Assembly (NCBI GenBank): GCA_013202205.1
Contig: JABMSB010000031.1
Location: 310-64,309 of the forward strand
DNA from: Candidatus Omnitrophota bacterium
GTDB taxonomy: Bacteria; Omnitrophota; Gorgyraeia; JABMSB01
Length of the DNA: 64,000 bases
Direction of reading: 5' to 3'
Under the pieces are notes generated by a model, which worked only from the letters and a program-made list of their open reading frames with translations, was not told the DNA's origin and made no database searches. Below are positions 38,380 to 49,018 of this stretch, in pieces (the stretch's first letter is position 1; each line of letters starts with the position of its first letter). The position numbers and the translations under genes are program-made.

Positions 38380-39645
38380 ATGAGAGGATATATCAAAAGC
38401 GCTTATTTTCTTTATAAAAAATATATACATAACTTTTCCTGGAGATATTTTGGATATTTTGCAAGAACATGTATAGCTTTTTTTATCTTTCTTATCGCCG
38501 CTAGACTTTTGACACCAGAGGCATTTGGAAAATATAATTACTTTATAGCTATAGCCTCTCTGCTGGCTATATTTGGAGATTTTGGAATAAGCACCTCTGT
38601 CAGCAAATATGTACCAGAGTATAGAATAAAGAACAGAGGAAAGATAAAGTCTATACTTTTTTCTTCATTAACAATTTGTTTTATTTTGTCTTTTTCTGTT
38701 TCGATATTTGTTTTGATTTTCGGGAAAGAGCTTTTTTCCGAGGACTACATATATATTTTATATACGATACCTCTAATATTTCTGATCAGCGGGGTTAGGG
38801 TTTTTGATGGATTTTATAGGGGTTCTGAAAGATTTAAAGAACTCGCCATCATTTCTTTGATTTCTGGTTTGGTTGGTTTGGGAAGTGCCTATTTCTTAAT
38901 CCTTCTTTACGGAGTTGCAGGAGCAATATTTACTCAAGTCTTATCTTATCTTGTACTTTTTACTGTGCTGACAAAATTTACAAAAGAAAGCTTCACGCCT
39001 TTTGATAAGAAAATAGCAAAAACAATTTCTAAATACGCCTTAGTTGTAGGTCTTTCAGGGTTAGCTTATTTTCTTTATACGCGTATTGATATTATAATTT
39101 TGGGATATTATGGATATACAATAGAGATCGGATATTATAGTATTATTGATAAATTTTTTCAATTTTTATTTATACCTTTTGTTTTATTTGGTCAGGTGAT
39201 TGCTCCCGATGTAACTAAATTGGTAACTCAAAAAAAATATCAAAAGGTTAAACAGCGTGGATTAAATATAATTTATTTATTCATTCTTGGAATATGTATC
39301 AGTATTTTTGTTTATTTTCTGGTGCCTCCAATAATCAAGAGCATACTCCCCGAATATTTTAAAAGAGATCTTTTGATGATTTTAAACGTTTTGCTTTTTT
39401 TGTTACCTTTTAAGATTTGTGGTGTGCTAATAGTCAACGGTTTTGTGGTGCCCTCAGGTTTAGCTAAAATAGTAACCGTCATTACAGGCATAGGCGGCAT
39501 CCTTAATGTCTTACTAGATTTTCTTTTTATAAAATGGTATGGGTTTATAGGAGTTTTCTATGTTACTGCGTTACTACATAGTTTAGCCATCATTTTTACA
39601 TATATTATATATTATAGAAGTATCTCAAAAAGGGCATTAGGGTAA
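38380..39645 (+). CDS. Polysaccharide flippase (Wzx / MOP superfamily), 12+ TM
   Basis: 421 aa. Entirely hydrophobic helices. AT-rich membrane-protein codon usage. Confidence 0.7.
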   Translation: MRGYIKSAYFLYKKYIHNFSWRYFGYFARTCIAFFIFLIAARLLTPEAFGKYNYFIAIASLLAIFGDFGISTSVSKYVPEYRIKNRGKIKSILFSSLTICFILSFSVSIFVLIFGKELFSEDYIYILYTIPLIFLISGVRVFDGFYRGSERFKELAIISLISGLVGLGSAYFLILLYGVAGAIFTQVLSYLVLFTVLTKFTKESFTPFDKKIAKTISKYALVVGLSGLAYFLYTRIDIIILGYYGYTIEIGYYSIIDKFFQFLFIPFVLFGQVIAPDVTKLVTQKKYQKVKQRGLNIIYLFILGICISIFVYFLVPPIIKSILPEYFKRDLLMILNVLLFLLPFKICGVLIVNGFVVPSGLAKIVTVITGIGGILNVLLDFLFIKWYGFIGVFYVTALLHSLAIIFTYIIYYRSISKRALG

Positions 39646-40367
39646 TGAAGCCAAGCAAAGTATATTCAAAGATTCGAAATAAGTTATTCAGAAAATTTAT
39701 TATTCTGCATTATTACCTTTATAGAGATGAGCTAAGGACGAAGATAAACCATGTGTTTCAGTATGATGATTTAGATATAGGGTTGTTTTTCGAAGAACAA
39801 GAAGAAGGTGCTTTGCCTGGGGATAAAAAATATAGCGCAGCCGACTATTATAAGTATATGGTTTCTCGATATATATTTTCTATCAGATATATAAAAAACA
39901 AGACTGTACTGGATTCAGGATGTGGTTTTGGTTGGGGATCTTATTTAGTCTGTAATTATCCCGAAAAGATAATTTCAATTGATTTAAATGAAAAGGCCTT
40001 AGATTTTGCAAAGAGCCATTGGGATGATAAAAAATTACATTTTTTAAAATGTTCTTTATTGAATATAGATTCCTTAAACGAGACCTTCGACGTTATTTTA
40101 GGAATGGAGATAATAGAACATCTATCTAGCAAGGATGGAGAGACATATTTATATCAGTGTTTCAGAAATTTAACAGATGGCGGAATTTTAATACTAAGCT
40201 CTTTCTTTCCAGACTTAAGAAAAGAATCAGAGAAGGCAGAAAAGAGGAATAAATTCCACCTAAAGATATTTACAAAACAGGAAATAAAAAAGCTGGCACA
40301 GCATGTGGGTTTTTCAAAAATCCAGTTTTTGGGTAACTTATTAGTAATATTAAAGAAAAGACCATAG
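39645..40367 (+). CDS. Class I SAM-dependent methyltransferase
   Basis: Motif I LDSGCGFGWGS. Motif post-I ISIDLN. Confidence 0.75.
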   Translation: MKPSKVYSKIRNKLFRKFIILHYYLYRDELRTKINHVFQYDDLDIGLFFEEQEEGALPGDKKYSAADYYKYMVSRYIFSIRYIKNKTVLDSGCGFGWGSYLVCNYPEKIISIDLNEKALDFAKSHWDDKKLHFLKCSLLNIDSLNETFDVILGMEIIEHLSSKDGETYLYQCFRNLTDGGILILSSFFPDLRKESEKAEKRNKFHLKIFTKQEIKKLAQHVGFSKIQFLGNLLVILKKRP

Positions 40368-40493
40368 ATCCATTGAAAAATGAATTAAAAGTATATTTGG
40401 CTTGTCATAATCGGGTAGGAGTCAACGCATTTTTAGTTTAAATTGGTAAGGCCCCGTAATTCATTTTAAAAATAAACCGATGGAATAAGCAGG

Positions 40494-41168
40494 ATGAGCA
40501 TAAAAACATCAAAGACTGTACATGAAGATGACTGGAGAAATATAAAGAAAGATTATACTTTTTTAAAAAAGAATAAAGACATTTCAGAAAGGATGGCGTT
40601 ATTAATTAATTTTTTTAAAAGAGTTAAACCTCGAAAGATGTTGGATATTGGGTGTGGTTCGGGCTATTTGGGGTATTTGATTAAGAGAATGGATATGGAT
40701 AGAGATTTAATAATTAAAGGTTTTGATATTTCCGAATATGCTATTAGCCAGATAACATCTTATGATAAAACATATTTATTAGATATCGATAAAAAAGATA
40801 TTCCCGAAGAGAGCGATTATTTCGATATGGTGGTTTGTGGCGAAGTGTTAGAACATATTTATGATGTTGACCATTGCTTGGATGAGATAAAAAGAGTTCT
40901 TAAACCAGGCGGTAAGGCTATTATTACAACTCCAAATTTCAGTTATTGGAAATATCGAATTGTTTGTCTTTTTGGTGGCATTCCAAGCATAACAAAAGAT
41001 CCCCGGCATATTCGCAACTTTAATCATAATTTTCTATTCAGCAAATGTTCTGGTAAAGATTTTGATGTTACATATTCTGTTAGAGAAAAGAAAGATCCTT
41101 TGACTAAAATATTGGGAATAATTTTTAGTAAAATGGTTGTATTAACTTTGACTAAACGAGAGAAATAA
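40494..41168 (+). CDS. Class I SAM-dependent methyltransferase
   Basis: Motif I LDIGCGSGYLG. VVCGEVLEHIYD. LKPGGKAIITTPN. Confidence 0.75.
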   Translation: MSIKTSKTVHEDDWRNIKKDYTFLKKNKDISERMALLINFFKRVKPRKMLDIGCGSGYLGYLIKRMDMDRDLIIKGFDISEYAISQITSYDKTYLLDIDKKDIPEESDYFDMVVCGEVLEHIYDVDHCLDEIKRVLKPGGKAIITTPNFSYWKYRIVCLFGGIPSITKDPRHIRNFNHNFLFSKCSGKDFDVTYSVREKKDPLTKILGIIFSKMVVLTLTKREK

Positions 41169-41287
41169 AATCATGAATAGATCAAAAGAAAACAATGCAA
41201 AATATGGCGAACCATATAAGATTTTTTAGAGATGCTTTTTAGGTGATCCGCTAGTGATATTTACAAAAGAAACATAGGCCCAGCAAA

Positions 41288-42685
41288 ATGAATAAAAAAA
41301 TATGTTTGGTCTACCCTAATTTAATGAAACTCCCCAAGTTTTTTAATAAAGTGACCAATATTCCACAGAGCTCTACCCTTCTTCCGCCTTTAGGATTATT
41401 ATATATAGCTTCAAACTCAAAATACAAAATTGATATAATTGATAATAGGATAGAGAAACTTGCTGAGTTTAAATTATATAGCAGATTAAAAATTTATGAT
41501 ATAGTAGGTTTTGGTGGAACAATATTTGAGGTTCAAGAGGCAAGAAATATTTCTATGCGGTTAATGAAAGAGGGTAAAATTACCATATATGGCGGGCCAA
41601 ATGCCACTGTCAACTGGGAACTTTATGTTGGAGATTTCTCAATCATTATCAGGGGAGAAGGCGAAAATATCTTTGATAAGATAATAGAAAATTATAAGTT
41701 CATAAGAAATATAGAACACTTAGGTTTTAAAGAAATTAGAGGTTCTCTCGTTAATTTGGCTATATTCAGAATAAAGAATCTGGATAGCTTAAAATTTCCA
41801 AATAGAACCTTGATTAAGCTTGAGAGCTATAATAGGATAGAGGAGAATTATTTACCAAACACATATCCGGTAGATACGATTTCAAGCAGCCGTGGATGCC
41901 CCTTTGATTGTTATTTTTGTTCTTCCCAACATATTTGGCAAAGAAGATACACATATAGAACGCCAGACAATATTGTTAGAGAAATTAAAGAATTAATGGA
42001 TGTGTTTGGCACCAGAGGAATATATTTTAGAGAAGATAATTTTACTTTTTCAAAAAAAAGAACAAAAGAATTTTGTAAAAAAATCAAGCCTCTTAGCGTT
42101 AAGTGGGTTTGTGAATCCAGAATAGATGCTATTGATAAATCCTTAGCTATGGAGATGGCCGAGTCTGGATGTAGAGGCATTTGGTTTGGTATAGAGTCCA
42201 CATCCAATCAATCGTTGCGCAAGATTAAGAAAGGAATAACGATAGAGCAAGCAAAAAAAACAATACTTTTATGCAAGAAATATGGGATAATCACGGGGGG
42301 AGGGTTTATGATTGGCTTTCCTTGGGAAGATATTGATGATATGAAAAGGACTTTTGTAGAAAGTAAAAAATTAGGATTAGACAACATTTTCTATAACAGG
42401 ATCTATGCATTTCCGCACTCCGAGATGTATGAAGATATCAGAAAGAAACATCTAAATAGCTGCGAATATAATAATATCATCATCCCCGATACTGAATATA
42501 TTTCCTCAAAAGATGTTACCGAGTTTTATTATAAATGTCAATATAATTGGAAAAAGAGATTAATAAAGATGTTTATTCCCGAGATGCATAGAACACATTT
42601 TAAAAAGAGACACCCAATCTTAACTATGCTGATAAAAAAAAATAGCACAAATATAAAGCACAAGAACCAAGGAACATCGGCATGA
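41288..42685 (+). CDS. B12-binding-domain radical SAM protein
   Basis: N-terminal B12-binding-like Rossmann domain. CxxxCxxC in SSSRGCPFDCYFCSS. 465 aa. Confidence 0.7.
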   Translation: MNKKICLVYPNLMKLPKFFNKVTNIPQSSTLLPPLGLLYIASNSKYKIDIIDNRIEKLAEFKLYSRLKIYDIVGFGGTIFEVQEARNISMRLMKEGKITIYGGPNATVNWELYVGDFSIIIRGEGENIFDKIIENYKFIRNIEHLGFKEIRGSLVNLAIFRIKNLDSLKFPNRTLIKLESYNRIEENYLPNTYPVDTISSSRGCPFDCYFCSSQHIWQRRYTYRTPDNIVREIKELMDVFGTRGIYFREDNFTFSKKRTKEFCKKIKPLSVKWVCESRIDAIDKSLAMEMAESGCRGIWFGIESTSNQSLRKIKKGITIEQAKKTILLCKKYGIITGGGFMIGFPWEDIDDMKRTFVESKKLGLDNIFYNRIYAFPHSEMYEDIRKKHLNSCEYNNIIIPDTEYISSKDVTEFYYKCQYNWKKRLIKMFIPEMHRTHFKKRHPILTMLIKKNSTNIKHKNQGTSA

Positions 42686-43485
42686 ATGACAATCCTAAGA
42701 TATCAGTTGTTATGGCAGCTTACAACGAAGAGAAATATTTAAGAAAAGCTATTGAGAGTATTTTAAACCAAACATTTTCTGATTTTGAGTTTATTATCAT
42801 AAACGACGGCTCAACTGATACTACTTCAAAGATTATTAAAGAGTATATTTCACGGGATTCACGTATTAAGACAAAAGATACAGGAAATTCTGGACTAACA
42901 CGTGCAAAAAATATAGCGCTAGAAATGGCTAAGGGAGATTTGATCGCCATGATGGATGCTGATGATATATCTCTGCCAGACAGGCTGGAAAAGCAAAGGA
43001 GATTCTTAGAGTATAATCAAGATGTAGGATTGCTCGGATCAGGATATTACCGAATAGATGAACAAGGCAATATTTTATATGAGCACAATCCTGTAACCGG
43101 CAGCAAAGAAATACATAAAAATCTTATAAAACGCAATATATTCTGCCATTCAACGATAGTAGTAAGAAGAGGAGTTTTTGATAAAGTAGGCTTTTATAAT
43201 GAGAATTGGCGCACTTCACAAGATTACGAGTTTTACTTTCGGGTGACGAAAGACTTCAAATTAGCTAATCTAAAAATCCCTTTAGTATGCTGGAGGTTGA
43301 GCAAGACAAGCATCTCTTTTACTAGGCAAAAAGACCAGTTAAAAGATGCTCTTCGGGCCCAGCTAAATGCCATGAGAGAGAGGCAATATCCTTTTTACTC
43401 TTATCTGTTTTTAATCCGTCCAGCACTAAAATTAATGTTCTACAACTTAGCCGATAACCAAAAGGATTTTTCGTCTCCACGGTAG
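42682..43485 (+). CDS. Family 2 glycosyltransferase
   Basis: ISVVMAAYNEEKYL. DGSTD. MDADD (DxD). Confidence 0.8.
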   Translation: MNDNPKISVVMAAYNEEKYLRKAIESILNQTFSDFEFIIINDGSTDTTSKIIKEYISRDSRIKTKDTGNSGLTRAKNIALEMAKGDLIAMMDADDISLPDRLEKQRRFLEYNQDVGLLGSGYYRIDEQGNILYEHNPVTGSKEIHKNLIKRNIFCHSTIVVRRGVFDKVGFYNENWRTSQDYEFYFRVTKDFKLANLKIPLVCWRLSKTSISFTRQKDQLKDALRAQLNAMRERQYPFYSYLFLIRPALKLMFYNLADNQKDFSSPR

Positions 43486-43601
43486 GAACAGATGAGGCGA
43501 TGATCAGGAAGTACATTCAGTTACAGGAAAAGGAAGGCACAGGACAAACGAAATTTGAATTTTGATTTGAGCACCCCACCTGTAAAGGCGAGGGAATTTA
43601 T

Positions 43602-46118
43602 ATGACAGCCGCAATATTAAAAATCCCATCTATATCTGAAGCTTGTAATTTTTTTATCTTTGCTTCACTTATTTTTCTTATCATTTTTACACCCTTAACT
43701 TTTGGCGCGGTAGAGACATGGTCAATAATGACAATGGAATTATGCATCCTTTTCATGGTTTTATGCTGGTTTCTAAAGATGCTTCACAAGGGTGAACTTT
43801 CTTTTGTTAAGAATCCCATAGTGTTACTTATCGCTTGTTTCATAGGATTGATTTTATTTTCGCTCATCCCATTGCCTAAATTCTCATTGGCTTTATTATC
43901 CCCCAACACAGTTAAATTATACACCATGAGCCTCGGAGACCTGTACAGTTCCTGTCGCTCAATCAGCGTTTATAAATGGCAGACCGCATTCGAACTACAT
44001 AAGGTATTGGCTTATATAGGTGTCTTCTTTATTATTCTAAATAATATGCGGCACAGAAAGGAAATCGACCGTATAGTGATATGCATTATCGCCGTAGGAA
44101 CTTTTCTCGCTATGGTTGGGGTCGCTGAGAGATATGGCCCCGGGAAGATCGTTTTTTTAAGAACGGGGTTTGGGGAGGATGGGTTTTTTGGCCTGTTTGT
44201 CAACAAAAACCACCTCGCTGGATATCTGGAAATGGTAATACCTTTGGCCATAGCGAAGACATTCATTGATAGTAAGAATATAAGGGGTATCTTGTGGGGT
44301 TTCGCTTCCTGCCTTATGTTATCGCAGCTTTTTTTGACATATTCCAGAGCGGGGATTATAAGTTTTTCGATGTCGTTCCTTATGTGCATTGTTCTCCTCT
44401 CTGTTTTAGGGATGCGTAAAGAAAAAAGATATAAGAGGCATTTTTTTATTATTTTGGTTTGCTTAGCCATAACGTTATTGATGGTGGCGTCCGCGTTAAA
44501 GATAACAACAAACCACATGAACAATACGTTACAAACGGATTTATCAACTAGGTTGCAGCTCTACAAGGATATTTTTCGATTGATTCAAAGATTCCCGATA
44601 TTTGGTGTGGGTTTGGGTAATTTTCAAACGGTGTTTCCGATATACCAATCTTTTGCATATAGAAGTATATTTATTTACGCCCACAACGATTACCTACAAC
44701 TTTTTTCGGAATTGGGTATATTTGGTTTTATTATAGTTTTTTGCGGAGGTTTTTATTTTTTTAAGGGTGTTTTAAGTGCCATCTTGGAAAGTTACAATAG
44801 AAACCCGGAGAGCGACCGCTACGTGGTTAGTCTATTGTTTGGATGTTTAGCCGGTTTTTTGTCTATATCTTTTCATAGTTTGCTGGATTTTAATATGCAA
44901 ATCCCTGCAAACGCCCTACTATTTACGATAATAATAAGCATCACGCTGAAATTGATTATTAAAGAACATGGCGAGGTGGAAGATAAAAATGATTATAAAG
45001 TGACAAAAGCGCTTATTGGAAGAAACCGCATAATAGCATATTTTTCCTTTCCCGCCCTGATGATATATGCCCTTTTTCCCATAAGGGTGTTTTTAACGAA
45101 TACCTTTGCGGAAAAGATAAAGGAAGAAACAAAACCCATTTCTGTTTCTATAGATCTCGAGAAACCCCTACATCTCTCTTCCGGCAATAGCGAACTATAT
45201 TATCACTTAGCGGACTTGTACGAGGCCTCAGGAGATAAACACACAGCGATAAGAAATTATATGAGGTCTATAAAGCTCAACCCGCTAAATAGCAAATATC
45301 ATTTTCGGCTTGGATTGATTTCTGGCGTACAAAGAGATTTTGAAAGGGCGACCTTGCTGAATCCAGCCGGAGAAGACATTTATTATGAAACAGGAGTTTT
45401 TTATCTGAAGGGTCATCAACCCATAAAAGGGGCAGAGCAATTTAAGAAGGCTTTGTCTTTGTCTACACATTATGAAGAAGCAATTTTTGACCAAATATGG
45501 GGCTCTTCCGCCGTTTTTGATCATGATAAATATAAAGTTATGGCTGAGGTGATACCCGATAGCCCTGAAGCAAAAGCTAAGCTTGCGAGATATCTTAAGG
45601 ACAAGCAACTGTGGGATGAATCTGAAAGGGAATATCGCGTTGCGATCGACATGGCGAATGGAAAGGAAAAATTGCGCTATATGGCCGATTTTGCGCATAA
45701 TTTTCTCATGAGGGGACGCCGTAGGTTTGGGGATGCCAAAGAGATATGGCTTAAATATATCGCCCTTAATGATACTAATATCCATGCCTTTTTTAACCTC
45801 GGAAGGTGTTATGAATATGAGGGCGAGCTGGATAAAGCTGCCGAATTCTATGCATACGCAATTCAAATGGCTCCAGAGAGAGTATATTATGACAAACTTG
45901 CGCAAGTCTTGTTTAGAAAAGGGGATTATGAAGGGGCGATTGAGACGTGGCAAGAGTGCATTAAAATTTCTCCAAATTTTTCACCCGCCTATTATGGCAT
46001 AGGAGAGTCATATAATAAGCTCGAACAATTTAATCGCGCTCTGTTTTATTATCAAGAAACATTAAGGCTTAAACCAGATGGTAAAGACATCCTGCAGAAG
46101 ATAGAATCTATTAGATGA
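43602..46118 (+). CDS. O-antigen ligase/polymerase (Wzy_C) domain membrane protein fused to C-terminal TPR repeats
   Basis: About 12 TM helices. Wzy_C motif YAHNDYLQLFSELGIFG. About 330-aa TPR tail. Confidence 0.7.
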   Translation: MTAAILKIPSISEACNFFIFASLIFLIIFTPLTFGAVETWSIMTMELCILFMVLCWFLKMLHKGELSFVKNPIVLLIACFIGLILFSLIPLPKFSLALLSPNTVKLYTMSLGDLYSSCRSISVYKWQTAFELHKVLAYIGVFFIILNNMRHRKEIDRIVICIIAVGTFLAMVGVAERYGPGKIVFLRTGFGEDGFFGLFVNKNHLAGYLEMVIPLAIAKTFIDSKNIRGILWGFASCLMLSQLFLTYSRAGIISFSMSFLMCIVLLSVLGMRKEKRYKRHFFIILVCLAITLLMVASALKITTNHMNNTLQTDLSTRLQLYKDIFRLIQRFPIFGVGLGNFQTVFPIYQSFAYRSIFIYAHNDYLQLFSELGIFGFIIVFCGGFYFFKGVLSAILESYNRNPESDRYVVSLLFGCLAGFLSISFHSLLDFNMQIPANALLFTIIISITLKLIIKEHGEVEDKNDYKVTKALIGRNRIIAYFSFPALMIYALFPIRVFLTNTFAEKIKEETKPISVSIDLEKPLHLSSGNSELYYHLADLYEASGDKHTAIRNYMRSIKLNPLNSKYHFRLGLISGVQRDFERATLLNPAGEDIYYETGVFYLKGHQPIKGAEQFKKALSLSTHYEEAIFDQIWGSSAVFDHDKYKVMAEVIPDSPEAKAKLARYLKDKQLWDESEREYRVAIDMANGKEKLRYMADFAHNFLMRGRRRFGDAKEIWLKYIALNDTNIHAFFNLGRCYEYEGELDKAAEFYAYAIQMAPERVYYDKLAQVLFRKGDYEGAIETWQECIKISPNFSPAYYGIGESYNKLEQFNRALFYYQETLRLKPDGKDILQKIESIR

Positions 46119-46220
46119 CAGGTATAATAATAGCTAATTGTAAGATTTTTGGTATTTCATCGATTTCCCTTTATTTAAAAAAGTGGAGTTTAGATATGGT
46201 AACCAGCGGTTATTTTCGAT

Positions 46221-47444
46221 ATGAGCAATAAATCCGTAATATGTATTATAAGAACTCCGCTTCCTTCTTCGAGCAGGGAAGAGGCATGTCTTTTTTTGAG
46301 AGATTTGGTAGAGATGTTTATCCCGATAACGCATAAAATTTACGTAGTTACAGCAAATGCTCCTAAAGAGGAGGTTCTCAGATTTGTAAGCGGAAGGGAA
46401 GGGAAAATAAAATTTATAAATCCCGATCTGAAGAAGGAATACGAAAGAGGACATATCTTTTTGGTGTCATTTTTTATATGGTGTTTTAAGCACTTAAAGA
46501 TACAGATGCGGATGTCTTTCGATGTGTATAAAATAATACGGGGAATTGATATCGCTTTTTTCTACACAGGGTATCCGTGGTTATTGTCTCCTATGGCGAT
46601 TTTCAAGTTGTTCAGGAAAAAAGTAGTTATATTGGAGACCGGATCATTGTTGCAAGCACAGGATGTGATAAGAGAGCTCAAAGATGAACCATTTTTTAAA
46701 GAAACCTCTATGCAAAACAACATTTTTATGCTAGTCCTCAACTTGCTGGAGAATATATCATTTTTTTTAGCAGATTATATTATACCCGAATCCAGGACCA
46801 TAGGATTGTCAAGGAGATTTTCCAAATACAAGAAAAAGATCCTGCCCCCATTAGCGAGATTTGTGAGATTGGAGAAATTTAATATAATAAAAAGCACTTC
46901 GCAGAAAGATAAAACCATTGGTTATATTGGCCGATTTAGCTGGGAAAAAGGAATTACGAATTTTGTTAACGCGATTCCGCTTATTGCCAAAGAAGCGAGG
47001 GATGCGAAATTTATTCTGGTTGGCGATGGACCACTGTATCCTTATGCCGTAGATCTTGTGAAGGATCACGGTTTTAATAACAAAGTTATATTTAAGGGGT
47101 GGGTATCTCATCAAGAGATACCACATATTTTGAATGAGATGAAATTAATAGTATGCCCCTCTTACGTAGAAGGTTTGTCCACATTGCTATTAGAGGCCAT
47201 GGCCTGCGGAAGCATTGCAATAACAACACCTGTTGGCGGCGTGCTTGATGTGATAAAAGAAGGGGAAACCGGCTATTTGTTAGAAGACAACTCGCCTCCT
47301 TGCATATCTTCCAAGGTTGTATCAGCTTTGAAATCCCGCGAGTTAGACAAAATTGCTAAAAACGCACGTAGTTTGATTGAAGAGAATTATACTTTTTTGG
47401 CGGCAGTTCAGAGGGCACAAGATACTATACAAAAAATCTCATAA
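46221..47444 (+). CDS. Family 4 (GT-B) glycosyltransferase
   Basis: EGLSTLLLEAMACGSIAITTPVGG (E-x7-E motif region). Confidence 0.75.
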   Translation: MSNKSVICIIRTPLPSSSREEACLFLRDLVEMFIPITHKIYVVTANAPKEEVLRFVSGREGKIKFINPDLKKEYERGHIFLVSFFIWCFKHLKIQMRMSFDVYKIIRGIDIAFFYTGYPWLLSPMAIFKLFRKKVVILETGSLLQAQDVIRELKDEPFFKETSMQNNIFMLVLNLLENISFFLADYIIPESRTIGLSRRFSKYKKKILPPLARFVRLEKFNIIKSTSQKDKTIGYIGRFSWEKGITNFVNAIPLIAKEARDAKFILVGDGPLYPYAVDLVKDHGFNNKVIFKGWVSHQEIPHILNEMKLIVCPSYVEGLSTLLLEAMACGSIAITTPVGGVLDVIKEGETGYLLEDNSPPCISSKVVSALKSRELDKIAKNARSLIEENYTFLAAVQRAQDTIQKIS

Positions 47445-47505
47445 GTACCCGATAGAAAAACAGGTATTTTTGTTTCAACAAAATAAAAGCAAAGGATAGT
47501 TCGAT

Positions 47506-48852
47506 ATGGTGTTATTTTCTGATCTAAGAATTTTAGCAATAGTATTTGGTGGGTGTCTGTTGGTATTGTCATTTTTTAGACCCTGGCGGGGGTTATTGAT
47601 TTTTAGTGCCGCACTTTTTTATGAGGCGGCGATTGATATGAAATTATTCGTTATAGAATCGTCACATTTGTATAGATCATGGGACGCCCTTGGGAGCTTT
47701 AAGCTTTTTGGCATGGCCATTGTTATTGGCTGGTTTTTGCAGGCCTTGATTAAGAAGAGAGTTAAGTTGCCGCCGCCCAGCCGAATCTGGTTGCTTATCG
47801 GCATTTTTATGATTATCGTGATTTCAGGGATGTTCTCTATATATAAAGCCAACACTTTAGTATATATTTATTCTTTTTTGGGCGTGGTCGGGATATATTT
47901 TATGATCTGTGATTTATGTTTTGAGCATAAACGAATCGAGCAACTATTGTTGGTTGTGGCGATAGCCGCTTTAATAAACGCACTCATTGCAATAGTTCAA
48001 TATATATTTAAGATAGATGTCCCATGGGATCTGGGCTACAAGTTCGGACAATATAGAGTGGTTGGCGGAATGTCTGATCCAAATTATTTTGGATATCAAA
48101 TTCTCACAGTCTTTCCTATCATCTTCTTTTTCTTTTATAGGACCAGGTCTAAACTGAAAAAAATCGTATTGTTTGCTATAGAGATGATTATGGTTACGTC
48201 AATTGTACTTACATTTTCAAGAGCAGCTTTTATTACATTGTGTGTAGTCTTATTCTTTTTAATGATAATCTTCATAAAACACAAGAAACTTTCTTACGTC
48301 ATAGTTATTATTTTGATGACCTCGCTATTGGGAGTAGTTATTTTTGCTAACCCCAAATATTCCGAAAGATTATCAACCCTGTTTGGGGTCGCGGAGATAG
48401 GCCAGTATGGTGAAACTTCGGAAAGAACTCTTAAAACTAGGGAAGATATTTTCTTCACCGGAACGAAAATGTTTCTCGATCATTTCTGGCTTGGCGTGGG
48501 GCCTAATAACTTTCCCATATACTTAGAATCATATGCACACAGAAGTCTATTAATATCAAGAGGAAGAGGAGCACACAATTCTTTTTTGGGCGTATCTGCC
48601 GAACTTGGCATATTCGGCCTGTGCTTATTTTTACTTTGGATTCTGTTTATATTAAAAGGATTGCGTTTTACACGCAAGAGAGTTCCAAATGATCCTTCTT
48701 CTGCGTTATTATCCGAAGTACTACAGATAAGCATTTTTGCCAATCTGTTTATGTTGACAACGTTAGGTACTTCTTTTAATGTGAAATTATTATGGATATG
48801 GTTTGGTTTAGCCGAAGCCATGAGACAGGTATCTATTTCCGGTAGGACATAA
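47506..48852 (+). CDS. Second O-antigen ligase/polymerase-like (Wzy_C) membrane protein
   Basis: Multi-TM. GAHNSFLGVSAELGIFG motif. Confidence 0.65.
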   Translation: MVLFSDLRILAIVFGGCLLVLSFFRPWRGLLIFSAALFYEAAIDMKLFVIESSHLYRSWDALGSFKLFGMAIVIGWFLQALIKKRVKLPPPSRIWLLIGIFMIIVISGMFSIYKANTLVYIYSFLGVVGIYFMICDLCFEHKRIEQLLLVVAIAALINALIAIVQYIFKIDVPWDLGYKFGQYRVVGGMSDPNYFGYQILTVFPIIFFFFYRTRSKLKKIVLFAIEMIMVTSIVLTFSRAAFITLCVVLFFLMIIFIKHKKLSYVIVIILMTSLLGVVIFANPKYSERLSTLFGVAEIGQYGETSERTLKTREDIFFTGTKMFLDHFWLGVGPNNFPIYLESYAHRSLLISRGRGAHNSFLGVSAELGIFGLCLFLLWILFILKGLRFTRKRVPNDPSSALLSEVLQISIFANLFMLTTLGTSFNVKLLWIWFGLAEAMRQVSISGRT

Positions 48853-49018
48853 GACTATTAAGATGAGTTACGGAAAAAGATTGAGCAAGATGGGGAAAAG
48901 ATTGCAAGGGGTCGATGGAAATCCGGCTTGGTGACACAGAAGACAATAGATGTGCACAAGAAGGTTTTAATGGACGCAACAGAATAAGTAAGGACTACAA
49001 AATTGACAAGGAGAGATC

